64,000 nucleotides of DNA from Octopus vulgaris (Eukaryota): the NCBI GenBank assembly GCA_951406725.2, contig OX597838.1:42222001-42286000 (forward strand). The letters are read 5' to 3'. Position numbers and translations under genes: made by a program. Positions 41,657 to 57,403 of the stretch are shown in pieces. Position 1 is the first letter of the stretch. Each line of letters starts with the position of its first letter. A model generated the notes under the pieces. That model made no database searches. It saw nothing but the letters and a program-made list of their open reading frames with translations, and was not told the DNA's origin.

Positions 41657-42250
41657 GTGCATGTGTCACCCAGAGTGCATTTGGTTTGTCGTTTGTGTGC
41701 AAGTCAGACGTTGCTTTTTGCTGCTTTAAGGGTAGAGATGATATACTCAGACTTTAGTAGATCTGATTTGTCTTCAGTAGAGGAGGAGCTGGTAAGGGCA
41801 GTCATAATGATGGACGGAGTGTTGGAGAAGACAAGAAGTTTTGCTGAGGCCACGGAGATGAAGCAAAGGGAGTTGGACTTGGCTGGTCTGAAGGAGTATG
41901 AGAAGATGGTACAGAAGGTGGGAGGTGATGTGAGGTTGTCACCCGTCCCCAAGGAATTATGGAGCGGATGGAGAGAAAAATGATCACCTATAAGGTGTTA
42001 GGTGGTAAAAACAGAGGAAGCAGTGCTTCTGCCCACATACCTTGGAAGAAAGACTTCCGAGGTAAGAGTAGACGCAATCCCACCTGATATAGAAGTGGCT
42101 TGGATGGCAGCAGCTGTCCTTGTTGGAAGTGAGGAGAAAGTGACTGTCCTTCAAGCCACAGAAACAGAAGAAAGAGGGTGGAAAGGGAGGACACTAGAAT
42201 TAATTATACAGACGGAGGAGGACAGCTGGAGAGTTTGGCAGAGATGGTGA
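41657..42250 (+). mobile_element. frameshifted coding remnant, probably ORF1 of an L1/Tx1-like LINE
   Basis: Two consecutive purine-rich ORFs (41621-41983, 42002-42250) with LLPTYLGRKTSEVRVDAIPPDI, an RRM-like V.V..IP pattern; assignment is inference. Confidence 0.4.
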
Positions 42251-42499
42251 CAACAAGTTTCTTTTCTTTTTTTTAAGAGAAAATAAGACACAAATTTTAA
42301 ACAGAAAGTGATTTATTCAATCATTGATATAATGCTTTCTCACCTTGATCAACACTTATTACCTGTAAATACATAAATATCACAATATATTCAATAGAAG
42401 AGATGTAGTTTCATTCATTGGGTGTGTGAATTAATGTTACATGTGGGCGGAATGTACTGTGCTTCCAGAACTCAGTTTCACTGAGGTGGACAGATCTTC

Positions 42500-43490
42500 T
42501 TAAGAACCATATATGACCCGACATCTTAGTCCATAATTATCTCTGTGAGGTCCAACATCTTGAGATGAGTCTTCACTACTTCATCCCATATCTTCCTCTT
42601 CCATAGGTACCATCAACACTTTAAGCAACTGATATTTCTTTGTACAGCTATCTTCATTCATACGCATCACATATCCAAACCAATGTAGTCTTCTCTCTTA
42701 TATGTTGCATCAGATTCCTCTTCTTCCCAATTTTTCCCATTTACACTTTGTCATACATGCACACTGATGTTGCATATCCATCGGAGCATACTAGCTTCAT
42801 TCCTCTCTAGTCTACGGATATCTTCTGCACTCAGAGCCCGTGTCTCACTCCCATGGAATATAGCTATTTGTACACAAGCATCATACAATCTTCCTTTCAC
42901 TCTGAGAAAGAAACCCTTTGTTGCCAACAGAGTTAACAGCTCTCTGAACTTCTTCCATCCTATTCTTATTCCAAGCAACTATACTTTCAGAACATCCTTC
43001 TCCATTGCTAATTTGGTCATTCAGGTAACACAAACGATCTACAACCTCTAGGTAGCCTCCTGGGTATTCGAGAAAATCTAATTCCCATGTGTCCTTAGCG
43101 TTTATTGTTCATTCGCATTTGCCACACACAAAGACTACTTTCTCTGTTCATCTCCTTGTGATTCCACTGCACCTCTTATGAGTGCATTGAATGGAATTCC
43201 TTCCAGAACCATTCCTACATATTGAGCAGGGTCACTTACCTGACAAAAAGAGAGTCTTACCTGTTTTCTTGCAAACAATATCTTGGGTCATTGCTAGATT
43301 TAATTCAAGACCCTTTGATTCCAGGTTTTGTCATCATACTGGAATTTCTCATCCAATTCCACTGCAGATTCTGCTCCAAGAGAGAGGTCATCAGCATATA
43401 GCAGTTCCTATGGCAGCCTGTTTTAAATTCCTCTGTTATGACCTGGAGGGCTAAGCTGAATCAGAGGGAACTGAGAAGTGAGCCCTGGTG
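42500..43490 (-). mobile_element. decayed RTE LINE fragment (same group as 10319-11840)
   Basis: HQGSLLS, LLYADDL, RIGWKKFRELL..RVKGRLYDACV..HGSET..LERNEASMLRW. Confidence 0.88.
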
Positions 43491-43494
43491 ATTG

Positions 43495-44274
43495 CTTTCT
43501 CTGAACATTTCAGTAGATAATTAATTATACAGACGGAGAACAGCTGTAGAGTTTGGCAGAGATGGTGACAATAAGTTTCTTTCTTTTTTTTTAAGAGAAA
43601 ATAAGACACATTTCAGTAGATAATTCATTTCTCATCACCTGTCAATTTGCTTTAAAAAAGGTGCGTTTTCATTCCGTTTATAAAGCGAATCACCGATGGA
43701 AATGCGATCCAAAAGGTTCTTCTCACTCAACTCATGTGGTACCCAAACTTCGTAGTGATTTGTGTACCCAAGCTTTACCAGGTGCTCATGAACAACGGAT
43801 TTTGATAGGTTGAGGCTTTCTGCCAACTGTCGAGTTGTGCAATGTGGGTTATTCTCAATTAATGACTTTATTTGGTCATCATCTGTAGTGGATGGTCTGC
43901 TTGATCGCTCTTCATCAATAAAGCTACAATCTCCAGCTTGGAACCTTCCGAACCACTTCCGTACAGTTCTTTCGGATAAAGAAACATCACCGTAAACTGC
44001 GCATATTTCTTTGGTTGCTTGTAAGGCATTTTTCCCTTTACAGAAAAAGAAAAGCATCAAGTGCCAAAAATGAACTTTCTTATCTTCCATTTTAAAGGGT
44101 TACAGAACTAACACAGGTTATAGGAACATAAACCTTCTTCCACGAAAAGATAGCTTAAACTGTGCTCTAAATGAAAGTATAGTCAAATCCTATTTTATGG
44201 ACTCAACCATGTTCTAAAATAAGTCGAAAGGTATGGTACTATAAATTGGCACGAACTTTCCTGACAACCCAATA
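43495..44274 (-). mobile_element. 5' half of a mariner transposon (defective transposase)
   Basis: TA-TTGGGTTGTCAGGAAAGTTCGTGCCAATTT TIR; ORF 43635-44090 with HTH (ICAVYG, TVRKWF, SSRP), WVPHEL and a frameshifted TGDEK. Confidence 0.93.
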
Positions 44275-44712
44275 TAGAATGGTGAATGCAATTGTCTTCC
44301 CAATAGCAACATATGGATGTGAGACCTGGACACTAAAGAAAGCTGACCAGAAGAGAATTAATGCATTCGAGCTTTGGTGTTGGAGAAGACTTTTATGGAT
44401 TCCATGGACAGCGAGGCTCACCAATGGAGAAGTTCTTAAGCAGATAAGGCCGAAAATGCTGCTAGAAGCTAGGATCACCGAGGATAGATTGGCATATTTC
44501 GGTCATATTATGCGGAGAAAATCCCTGGAGAAGGACATCATGCTCGGAATGGTCAGTGGCAAGAGAGGAAGAGGCCGACCAAGAACCCACTGGCTTGACA
44601 CCATCAAGAGTGATACCGGAATGGACATAACCAATCTGAAAGAAGCGGCCCAGGATAGAACTGATTGGAGGACACTGATCCAACGAGTGACCGAGAGTCG
44701 ACTTTGACTGAG
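44275..44712 (+). mobile_element. 3' fragment of a BovB-like RTE LINE
   Basis: IVFPIATYGCETWT..FELWCWRRLL.IPWTAR..YFGHIMRR.SLEK.IMLG..GKRGRGRPR..W. Confidence 0.9.
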
Positions 44713-44725
44713 CGGATAGAGAAAG

Positions 44726-44760
<35 letters not shown>

Positions 44761-44772
44761 TGTATGTATGTA

Positions 44773-44812
<40 letters not shown>

Positions 44813-44813
<1 letters not shown>

Positions 44814-45645
44814 GACCAAGTCAGTAGCATAGGTGGATGCTCTGAGAGCATAGCTGTGAGAATAAGAATAGGCTGTGCAAAGTTCAGAGAGTTCCTACCT
44901 CTGCTGGTAACAAAGGGCCTCTTGCTCAGAGTGAGAGGCAGACTATATGATGCCTGTATGTAAATAGTCATGCTACATGCCAGTGAAACATGGGCTCTGA
45001 CTGCCAAGGACATGTGTAGTATTGAAAGAAGTGAAGCTGGTATGCTTTGCTAGATGTGCAATGTCAGTGTGCATGTACAACAGAATGTAAGCGTCTTGAG
45101 AGAAAAACTAGGCATAAGAGGCATCAGATGTGGCATGCAAGAGAGATGAAAGCACTGGTATGGTCATGTGATGCATATGGACGAGGAGAGCTGTGAAAAA
45201 AAAGAACTGATTTCTACATGTGGAAGGAACCTGTGGAAGAGGTAGACCTAGGAAGACATGGTGGTGAAGCATAATATTCAAATGTTGGACCTCACAGAGG
45301 CAATGACAAGTGACCGAGACCTTTGGAGATATGCCACACTTGAGAAGACTCATGAAGCCAAGTGAAACATAGTTGTGGCTGGTGCCGGTGACATGTAGCA
45401 GCATCCATGCAAGTCTCATAGAACTGGCACCCATGTCAATGACATGTAAAGTGTAGCCATCGCACTCTTGGAGTGGTTGGTGTCAGGAAGGGCATCCAGC
45501 CGAAGAAACTTTGCCAAATCAGAGTGGAACCTGGTGCAGCTCTCAGGCTTGCCAGCCCTGGTCAAACCGTCCAACCCATGCCAGCATGGAAAGCGGATGC
45601 TAAATGAGAATGAAGATGATGAAGATGATGATGATGATGATGATA
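44813..45645 (+). mobile_element. decayed 3' fragment of RTE LINE with (GAT)n tail
   Basis: Collinear with 10703-11840 (DQVSSIGGCSES..KFREFLPLL..RLYDACM). Confidence 0.88.
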
Positions 45646-45820
45646 TATATGTGTGTACACACACACATACATGTAAATACTTATACATTCATACATACAT
45701 GCATACACATACATGCATGCATACACATACACACACACACACACACATACTCTCTTTCTCTCTCACCCTATTTTTATCTTCTTTCTCTTTCTCTTTACTC
45801 TCACCTTTTCTGTCTCCCAG

Positions 45821-45877
<57 letters not shown>

Positions 45878-46274
45878 GTCTCAATCTATCTACCTGTTTA
45901 CATCTCTTACTTCTATTCAGCCGCTCCACTTGACCACAGTCACCACCACCACCGCCACCACCACCGCCACCACCACCACCGTATTCACATAACTCAAATT
46001 TTCACTGTATTCATTTGTAACCTATTGTGTTATTTAATTATTTAATTATGTATAAACCACAATGAGTGTGTATGTGTGCGTGAGTAGTTTTGTGATATAT
46101 ATTTGTATGTGTGTGTGTGTGTGTGTGCTTGTGTGTATGTGTGTGATTATATGATCGAATTTAAAAGTATGTATGTTTACATACAAATTCACAAATGACT
46201 TCTCTGTTAGTTGTGTCTGCATCACTTTTTATACAGTATATTGTATACACACATTCTTTTATATAATACATACA

Positions 46275-46308
<34 letters not shown>

Positions 46309-46398
46309 CATACATACATACATACATATGTGTGTATATATATGGTATATATGTGTATGTATATATATATATACATATCTATATCTATATTTCTCTCT

Positions 46399-46443
<45 letters not shown>

Positions 46444-46823
46444 CATATATATACAGATGGCCAGATGCCTCAACTCACATATTCTGGCATTCTCTCACAC
46501 ACAAACACACACACACACATGAACGTACTGCTGGATGTTTGGCCCACATTAAATAATGTGTTGTGCTTCTAACTAAACTAGTGAATACAAACTTTAGTAA
46601 AACTTCCTTGACAACTAAGGTGCTCACAGTCACACGGTTGTATAACCTCAAACCTCAGACTTCTAGTCAAGTGTAAAAGATTTGGCATTTCTAAGTCACT
46701 CCCAACCTAATTTTAATTAAGCAGGTAGACGAGTTTTCCACGGCATCCAGCTTTCCTTCACTGTCTGTTAATCCTTTCAAAGGAGTTGTGCTTTAATATG
46801 AACCTTTCAATCTATTGATTCCC

Positions 46824-47580
<757 letters not shown>

Positions 47581-48019
47581 ATTTATAGTTTTATCAATTG
47601 ACACTTCAATCAGTTCATTTGATTATCTTTTAGTGTATACACTAACATATCTCGTTAAACACATAGAAAGTGAAAAATATTTACATATATCCACACATTC
47701 ATACACACACACACACACACACACACACGTTTCCTCTGTTTGATGTCACCATGAGGAATTTCTCCTATCAGGTAGCGTAGAACCGTTTTTCTGCATGTTT
47801 TACTTGAAAAACTAATATTCACTGACATGCATACACATGCATGTATATACACTCGCGCGAGCATTCACACACACACACAAAGGACAGGTTGGTGTCTTTT
47901 GACAAGGCAGATTGCATAATTTCCATTATTGCTCAACACCAAAGTTTAGCAATATCACTAATCCTGGTTAACACTATCTTAAAGACAGCAGTTTACCAAT
48001 TAAATGTGTTTATATATCG

Positions 48020-48103
<84 letters not shown>

Positions 48104-48150
48104 GTATATTTATATATGTATGTATGTATATATATACATATATATGTATG

Positions 48151-48203
<53 letters not shown>

Positions 48204-48250
48204 GTATATTTATATATGTATATATGTATATATATACATATATATGTATG

Positions 48251-48289
<39 letters not shown>

Positions 48290-48303
48290 ATATGTATATA
48301 TAC

Positions 48304-48476
48304 CAGTGGTTCTCAACCCTTATATTTAAATGAGTTTTCCCACAGACCCCTTTTAATATGCTTATCCTTGTGTGTGTGTGTGTGTGTGTATATGAAATTT
48401 TGAATTTAGCTCATGGCCCCCAGTACTACCTTTGTGGACTACCAGGGGCCCATGGACCCCAAGTTGGGAAGCACTG
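48304..48476. mobile_element. hAT (Charlie-like) MITE
   Basis: CAGTGGTTCTCAAC / GTTGGGAAGCACTG TIRs in a TA-rich site. Confidence 0.65.
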
Positions 48477-48506
48477 GTATATATGTATATACACACACAT
48501 GCATGT

Positions 48507-48555
<49 letters not shown>

Positions 48556-49546
48556 CCTTCTCTTCACGAGAGAGCTGGACTTATTGTAATATCTCATGTG
48601 ACTGTTTACTGCTAAAAAAACCCAAGATTTTTGCATATTCCATCAGCAAATTAAGAATATTTCGATGATTGTGTCACTCTGAGCTTCCGAAACAGTTGTC
48701 AAGTTAAGAAATTCTCTATTTTGCTTCTTAGTATTCTGTATTTTTTATGCTTTATGTACATTTATTTGCATATTTGCATCTGTATATGAGCTTATCTCTT
48801 TGAATGTATGTGGCTATATGCGACTGCATGTGAATACATCCTCATCATCATCCTCATCATCATCATTTCAAGTCTGTTTTCCCAGCTGGCATGGGTTAAA
48901 GGCTTTGACCAGAGCCGGTCAGCTCGAGAGCTGAACCAAGCCCCAGTTGTCTGTTTTGACTTGGTTTCTATGACTGGACGCCCCCCACCCCTCCCGATGC
49001 CAACCACTTTACCGAGTGTCTGCTGGGTGCTTTTTACATACCCCTGGCACAAGTGCCTTTTGCATGTCAGTTGTATCGGTGCCTTTTACGTATCACTGGC
49101 ACAGGTCCCAGTTTACATGTCACAGGCACAGGTGCCTGTGACATGTGTCATAGGTACGGGTGCCTTATACGTGGCACCTGCCTTCTGTGTGACTCTGGCA
49201 CAGGTGGTTTTTATGTGGCACCAGCACCAGTGGGGGTTGTAAAGAGGGAGTGGAACCAAAGGGAGTGGAACCAAAGGGAGTGGAACCAAAGGGAGTGGCT
49301 GCGTGCTGGACGGGAGGTTGGAGTATGGCAACAGGATGGAGATAATCGGCTTACTACAGAGGACAAGGAAGGAGAAAGGAGTTGGGAGAGAGTTAGGGAG
49401 TCAGTCAGAGTGGGGGAGAGAGAGAGAGAGAGAGAAATAGATGGTTTGGGGATGTTTTGGGGGCCTACCTACAAGGGACAGTAGTGGGCATATATAGAGT
49501 GCAGAAGGAAGATATGACTGTAGGAAGTTTTGACGAAAGTCATGTA

Positions 49547-49586
<40 letters not shown>

Positions 49587-49976
49587 AGGGGCATAGCTGA
49601 AAAGGACCTGTATGTGTGGATGGCCCCAATTTCACTTAGCTTCACATGTCTTCTCAAGCGTTGCAAATCGCCTGAGGTCTCCGTCCCCTATCGTTCCTTC
49701 TGATCCTTTCTCACCACTTTGTCCATTGCCCTCCTGGGACTGCTCTTTTAATGGGATTCTCTCCACATTCAGCATTCCTTCATGTGGCCGTCCTCATCCA
49801 CATGCATCATCGCATGGCCCTACCAGTGGCGCCATACCACCATACCACTCTGCACTCAATGCCTCTCATTCCCAAGTTTTCTCTTAAAAACACTTGTCTC
49901 AAGCCTAATTGTGTTTATCTTCTTTACAAAACCATCTCTCCCTCCCTCCCTCTGTCTCTCTTTCTTTCTTGCTATG

Positions 49977-50341
<365 letters not shown>

Positions 50342-50471
50342 AGCTCAGTTTAAGAAGTGGAGAATGTCTTAATTAGGTTCTCAAAGTTTTCCTCCTGCAA
50401 CTTCTCTCATGGCTGATCCTTCCTAGGTTTAATGAGCAAGTTTTATACACACATATATGTGTGTGTGTGTG

Positions 50472-50507
<36 letters not shown>

Positions 50508-50605
50508 CGTTTGTATATATATGTATGTGTGTGTATGTGTGTGTGTGTGAGTGTATGTATGTATATATATGTGTGTGTGTGTATGTGTGTGTGTGTGCGT
50601 GTGTG

Positions 50606-50680
<75 letters not shown>

Positions 50681-50682
<2 letters not shown>

Positions 50683-50840
50683 TGCAGGAGTGGCTGTGTG
50701 GTAAGAAGGTTGCTTTCTAGCCACATGGTTCCAGGTTCAGTTCCACTGTGTGACACCTTGGTCAAGTGTTTTCTACTACAGCCTCGGGCCGACCAAAGCC
50801 TTGTCAGTGGATTTGGTAGACGGAAACTGAAAGAATCCTA
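50681..50840 (+). mobile_element. SINE family A (also 28889-29030 +, 51741-52130 -, 57540-57770 -)
   Basis: GGTGCAGGAGTGGCTGTGTGGTAAGAAGG..GGTTCAGTTCC head immediately after (TA)n. Confidence 0.85.
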
Positions 50841-51192
50841 TCATGTGTGTGAGTGCGCACGTGTTTGTGTGTGTGAGTCATCTAAGAGTCAGCAAGTCAG
50901 GGAAAAGACGCACTCATATATCTGTCAATAGAACGGGTATTTTATCTGAAATGTATAGCATTAATATATCCATCCACGGCTGATCTCACCAATCGGTGTC
51001 ACATGAGGATTACAATGACGTATTAGGTAACACCCCATTGTATTCCTAGTGCATATGTTTGCATATGTATGCCCATGGCTAAATACAGGTAAAACCATGT
51101 ATGTCCGTGGTTAGACATAGATAATATACCGGTAGTGTAATGGATACTTCTATCCCTTAGATGGTTATTTTATTCTCCAATTCAACTAACCT

Positions 51193-51461
<269 letters not shown>

Positions 51462-52156
51462 TGGGTTTATGATTAATTAGAAGAAATGATAGAGTGAAAA
51501 AAGGGTTGTAGTATTCATACATTGCCATTTAGCAAATAAGTACCAATACACAGAAATCTCAGCTTTTGAGTCATTCTCTAATGTCAACTAATTAATCACA
51601 ACCCCCCCCCCCAAAAAAAACATATACACTTAAGTGTTTTAGTTCTATTTTTCTGTTTGTTTCACGAAACCTATATGTATGTATATATACATACATACAT
51701 ATATATGTATATATGTGTATCTATACATACATATACATTACTCTTTTACTCTTTTACTTGTTTCAGTCAGTTGACTGCGGCCATGCTGGAGCACCGCCTT
51801 TTTTAGTCGAGCAACTCGACCCCGGGACTTATTCTTTTTGTAAGCCCAGTACTTATTCTGTCGGTCTCTTTTTGCCGAACCGCTAAGTGACGGTTGTCAA
51901 GCAATGCTAGGGAAACAAACACAGATACACAAACACACACACATACATATATATATATACATATATACGACTGGCTTCTTTCAGTTTCCGTCTACCAAAT
52001 CCACTCACAAGGCATTGGTCGGCCCGGGGCTATAGCAGAAGACACTTGCCCAAGATGCCACGGAGTGGGACTGAACCCGGAACCATGTGGTTGGTTAGCA
52101 AGCTACTTACCACACAGCCACTCCTGCGCCTACATATATATATACATATATATACA

Positions 52157-52257
<101 letters not shown>

Positions 52258-52754
52258 AGAAAGTCCTTGGTACACTATCCGAATGTGATTGATGCCAGGG
52301 CCACCTGACAGGCTCCCGTGCTGGTGGCACGTAAAGGCACCCACTACACTCTTGGAGTGATTGGCGTTAGGAAGGGCATCCCGCTGTAGAAACACTGCCA
52401 GATCAGACTGGAGCCTGGTGCAGCCTCCTGGCTTGTCAGACCTCAGTCAAAGCATCCAACCCATGCCAGCATAAAAAACGGATGCTAAACAATGATGATG
52501 ATGATGATGATGATGTCGATATTAAAGGGAAACGGAAGCAAAATCAAGGCAGGATGAGTATCTCAGGTAATTTAGAATATTTGATCAGAGGAGGCCTACC
52601 ACAAATGCCTAGCTCCAGCCCCAGCTGTCAACTTGGGACCTAATGGATGACCAATTACAGCACTTACACAGCTCACCTATTCGTTTAAGTTACCAGTGAA
52701 CTCATATTCTTTATATGTATAGATATATATGTAAATAATAAAAAACTGGAGAAA

Positions 52755-53500
52755 ACCTCCAGCATGCATTTTGGGAGAAAAAACCCTGCGTCCACATACT
52801 CCCTCCACAACACTGATATCAAGAAATCCTCTTGCGAGCGTGACCTAGGCATCACTGTCAGCAGTGATTTGCATTGGACAAAGCATATCTCTAAAATTGT
52901 CAAGAAGGCCGAGGGTGTCTTGGCATCACTCAGCAAGACTTTTGTTAGCCGCTCTCCAGCCATCTATTTAAAACTGTATACAGCTATAGTACGACCACAC
53001 TTGGAATTCGCATCATCAGTTTGGAACCCCTATCTTGCTCAGAACATTGACCTCCTGGAATCTGTCCAGAGACGTGCAACCAAACGCATACCCTCCATCA
53101 GACACCTACCATATTCTGAGCGCCTTGTTTCCCTGGGCATGGATTCACTGAAGCTCTGGCGTCTGGCGATGGACTTGGTAAACACTCACAAAGTTATCAA
53201 CCACCTCACCAACAACAACACTGAACACATTTTTGATCTCCATGTGTCCAACACACGTGGACATGCCTACAAAGTCAGAAAACAGCACAGCTCCCATGAC
53301 TTTCGGAAACATTTTTTCACACTCAGAGTTGCTGAAGCATGGAATAAACTGCCTGCATCAGTTGTTGACTGCCATGACACTGCATCCTTTAAGGCCCTCA
53401 TGCTTTCCGAAATCCGCCGAAACTACACCTGATTATATATACACTTTAGATGAGTTGTAGTGCACCTGAGCACTGTACATAATGTTTATTATTATTATTA
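52755..53500 (+). mobile_element. 3' fragment of CR1-clade LINE with (ATT)n tail
   Basis: ERDLGI, VRPHLEFASSVWNPY, LESVQRRATK, YSERL, TRGH.YK, FFTLRV..WNKLP. Confidence 0.93.
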
Positions 53501-55847
53501 TATATAACAAGCACATCAGTTGGGTCACATTTACAACTCATTCATACAAAACATGGCATAACATTTATGCGACATAAATGTCCCCTAAACGTTATGCCAC
53601 ATTTTGGATTAAATAACAAGCTATAAATGTGGTCCAATCGATTTGTTTGTCGATCTGAGGTTTTCTCCATTTCCTGATTATTTAGATTTGATTCCTGACA
53701 AACTTTTGTTTATTCTGCTGTTACCTGCATCCTATGAGCATAGTGTGCCAGCATACCCATGCCCTGAGATATCATGGGTAATGGATACTGTTCTACCTTC
53801 CATAATTGTTGAAGACTGTTGAAGAATTTCTTTGTCACTTCTTGCTGTATTCACAGAACTTAGATTTACCATTTTCTTATCAATTTCAAGATATTTGTAA
53901 CCTTAGAATTAAGGGAAGCAGATGAGTCATTGATATTATATATCTTGTCTAGTTTAACAAGCATTTCTTAATTAACTATTAAATACAAACTTTTGGATAT
54001 GTGTGTGTGTGTGTATACATGTATGAGTGTGTGTGTGTGTATACATGTATGTGTGTATGTGCGTATCTGGTTGTGTGTGTGTATGTATGATTGTATGTAT
54101 GTAAGTATATATGTGTGTATGTGTTTGCATGTATATATGTATGTGTGTGTCTATATGTACATATGTATACGTGTGTTTATATGTATATATGTATGTATGC
54201 GAGTATATATGCACATGTGTATATACCTATGTATGTATGTATATATATATATATGTATGTCATCTTGCAAATAAACGCTATTGCTGCTGCTACTACTACT
54301 ACTACTGCTACTACTACTACTGCAATAGAAAAATAAAGCTTTGTTGTATCTCATAATTTCTTGACACAATTCATATTAAATCGGTCATTAAAATTGATAA
54401 AGCAAAAAAGTCCAATATTTATCAGATCAATGCTAAGGGCATGTCTGAAGAGAATGTGGGACAACACTGTGGAGAATGGGGGTCAACACTGATTAGGATA
54501 TGGGCCAGCATGACGGAGAATGAGGGTTCAGCAATTTTGACAGAAGGGTTAAGTTGGTTATATTTAAGTCAATAATCAGTCTTTTATTGATCTCAGAAAA
54601 GGGCAAATGGCAAAATTGGCTTTGATGGGGATTTGAACTCAGAAGTAAAAAAGCGAATAGAAATGTCAGTAAGAATTTTCTTTTTTTTATATATAAATAT
54701 GAGACTCCTGTTGAATTACTGGTATGGATTACAGATACATCGGGAACTAATTTCCTTAAAAGTCCCATTGGTTCTCTGTAAGATGAACTAATTAGCAGCG
54801 GAGGTGATTGGACAAAACGTGTAATTGCTTGAATAAGAAAAGAAAGGGGGAAGTTCAGACAGCTTTTACCTTCTGTTAGCAACGAAAGGTACCCCCTCCC
54901 TCTCTCTCTCTCTTTGTCCCTCTCCTTCTCTCTCTCTCTCTCCCTCTCCCTTGCTCTCTCTCTCTTTCCATGTTTCTTTGTTTTTTCATTTTATTCTGAT
55001 GATGAAAACTTGCGACACCTACACCTTCTAAGAGCTTCCAAACTTACTGCAGTTATTAATTCACTTCATATTTTCAGACTTGAACCTCCATTTGTACTAA
55101 GCAAGTGAAATGCATGACTATCACAGCTATTATAATTTTTCTATCACTTCACCATTTTTGAAAAAAATATTAAAATGAGATTGGGATAAATTGAATAGGG
55201 CCCCTTTCATTTCAATCTCATTCTGTCTTCTATTACAAATCTTTAGTGGGATGCTGTAACCGGAACACCTAGACATAAGCTTCATATACTACAAAATATA
55301 AATATCCACACTGCTACACCTGAAACGTACCTGTTATAACTCTTTATCTCAGTTTGAATGTGCGTGAAGGTACTTAGGATGCCCAAACTTATTTCTGAGC
55401 ACTGATGCTGATCATAGTTTAATCAATAAGTGTAGGAGCAAGGTAAATGCAGTAAAAATAGGATGAGGGGAGTGTGTGGGGTTCCATTTAAGCAGCCCTT
55501 CAGAAATTGAACCTCCTTATGATACTCCCAAGGAGTTCATGGTATGAAATTCATTGTCATTGCTCTGATTTGGTCACCAATGCTATGTATTTAGTTTAAA
55601 GTGCAGTAAAAATAGGAGGAGGGGTGGTCAGTGGAGCGCCAATTAGGCAGCCATTAAAAAAATAAACCCCCTTAGAATATTCCCTGGGATTAGAGGAGTT
55701 GGTGGCTTGAGTTTTGTTGTCCTTTCACCAACAGTCTAGCAGGAGTTAACAAACATAAAAACGTAACAGACAGAGAAACATCACTCAAATTTATTTAAAG
55801 ATATAAATTAAAGGTATAAATATGTATCATCATCATCGTCATCATCG

Positions 55848-55887
<40 letters not shown>

Positions 55888-56718
55888 TATCATCATCATT
55901 TAACGTCCACTTTCCATGCCGGCATGGGTTGGATGGTTTGAGTGAGGACTAGCAAGCCTGAAGGCTGCACCAAGCTCCAATCTGATCTGGCAAGTTTTCC
56001 GCTGGTGGATGCCTTTCCCAATGCCAACCACTCCGAGAGTGTAGTGGGTGCTTTTTACATGCCACTGGCACGAGGGCCAGTCAGACAGCACTGGCACCGG
56101 TGCTTTTTACATGCCAGTCATAAAAATGCTTTGAGCATTTGGTACTTGTTTGGGTTATGTTCTTAGTTCAAGGTTGACTTTGCCTTTCATGCTTTCATTG
56201 AACGCTGGGGTCAATCGACTGAACCCTTCTCCAAAAATTGCTGACCCTTGTGCCAAAATTTGAAATCATCATTATTATTATAATCAAATAAAGGTTTACA
56301 CTGACTTAGAAGTTTGGCCAGTTTTGGCTAGAACCCTCTGACCATGCTGTAACTGCTCAAACAATCTCTGACCAACCATCTGATCCAGCTAATGAGTAGT
56401 TATAGTCATCATTATTATTATAGTAGTTATAATAATAATTAAAATTCTACTCTATATGGCAAATATCCAATGAAATAAACAACCACCAACAGGTCAAGTA
56501 CCCAACAGAACACAACTCATATTACACACACAATGCACAATGCAAACGCTAATACAAAAAAAGACTGCAACCAGCCCCATGACAAAACAAGCCAATGCAA
56601 TTAATACTGGAAAGAGTATGCTCTCCCCAACAACAAAAAAGAACAATGCCACACACACCCCAGCAATATGAAGGTGTAGCAGGGGATGCAGTAGGAATTG
56701 GCCTGAAACTACCAAATG

Positions 56719-56751
<33 letters not shown>

Positions 56752-56866
56752 CCTTTCTACTATAGACACAAGGCCTGAAATATTGGATGGGGGGTAGCAG
56801 TCAATTAGGTTGACCCTAGTATGCAACTGGTTCTTAAATATAATAATAATGATAATAATAATAATA

Positions 56867-57403
56867 GACCAAAACAATTAAGTCTGTTTATTGATTGTCA
56901 TAAGCATACCCTGTGACCATAATATCTCAGCAAAAGAATTTGATAAGCTCAGAAAATATAAAGATTTTCTAATCGAAATTGTAAAGATGTCACAAAAAAA
57001 GATGTTGACAATACCAGTGATTGTAGGAGCACTTGGGATGATCAAAAAAAGGAACTGAAAATTATTTAAGAATGATCCCTGGCTTATCATCCATGCAGGA
57101 AGTGCAAAAGATTGTGTTACCTAGCAACTGGTCACACGTATCGAGAAGAGCATCGTCGCTGTGAATTTTCTTTCCTTTTCCCTCCTTTTGTTTTATTTGT
57201 TAACTTTTAAAAAAATTCTTTTTATTCTTTCTTCTTTCTCTGTCTTTCTTCCTCTTTTTCTCTATCACATGACTTTGTAAATGAACAATCTGGTGTGTTT
57301 ATTTGAATGGCCTACCAATGCATACAGTGCATTTCTCTGCCCTAGGTGTCAGGAAGACACTCGGCAAGAAATTGAAACAGAGCTGAAAGAAGCTGATAAT
57401 GAA
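56867..57403 (+). mobile_element. 3' fragment of R4/Dong-like LINE (restriction-like endonuclease) inside (TAA)n
   Basis: CLLIVISIPCDHNISAKEFDKLRKYKDF.IEI..IPVIVGALG..EVQKIVL; (TAA)n on both flanks. Confidence 0.8.

Noticed and set aside
48656-48705. TCGATGA..GAAA-CAGTTG-TC possible decayed hammerhead (weaker ones near 46722-46768 and 47100)
   Set aside because: Core altered and helix II unpairable; not counted, though it may be an old relic.
49246-49297. (AAAGGGAGTGGAACC) x3-4 giving an REWNQ peptide repeat
   Set aside because: Short minisatellite next to a decayed RTE tail; no coding evidence.
53505-53650. Imperfect ~145-bp inverted repeat
   Set aside because: No hammerhead core or miRNA-like features seen; most likely an old MITE.
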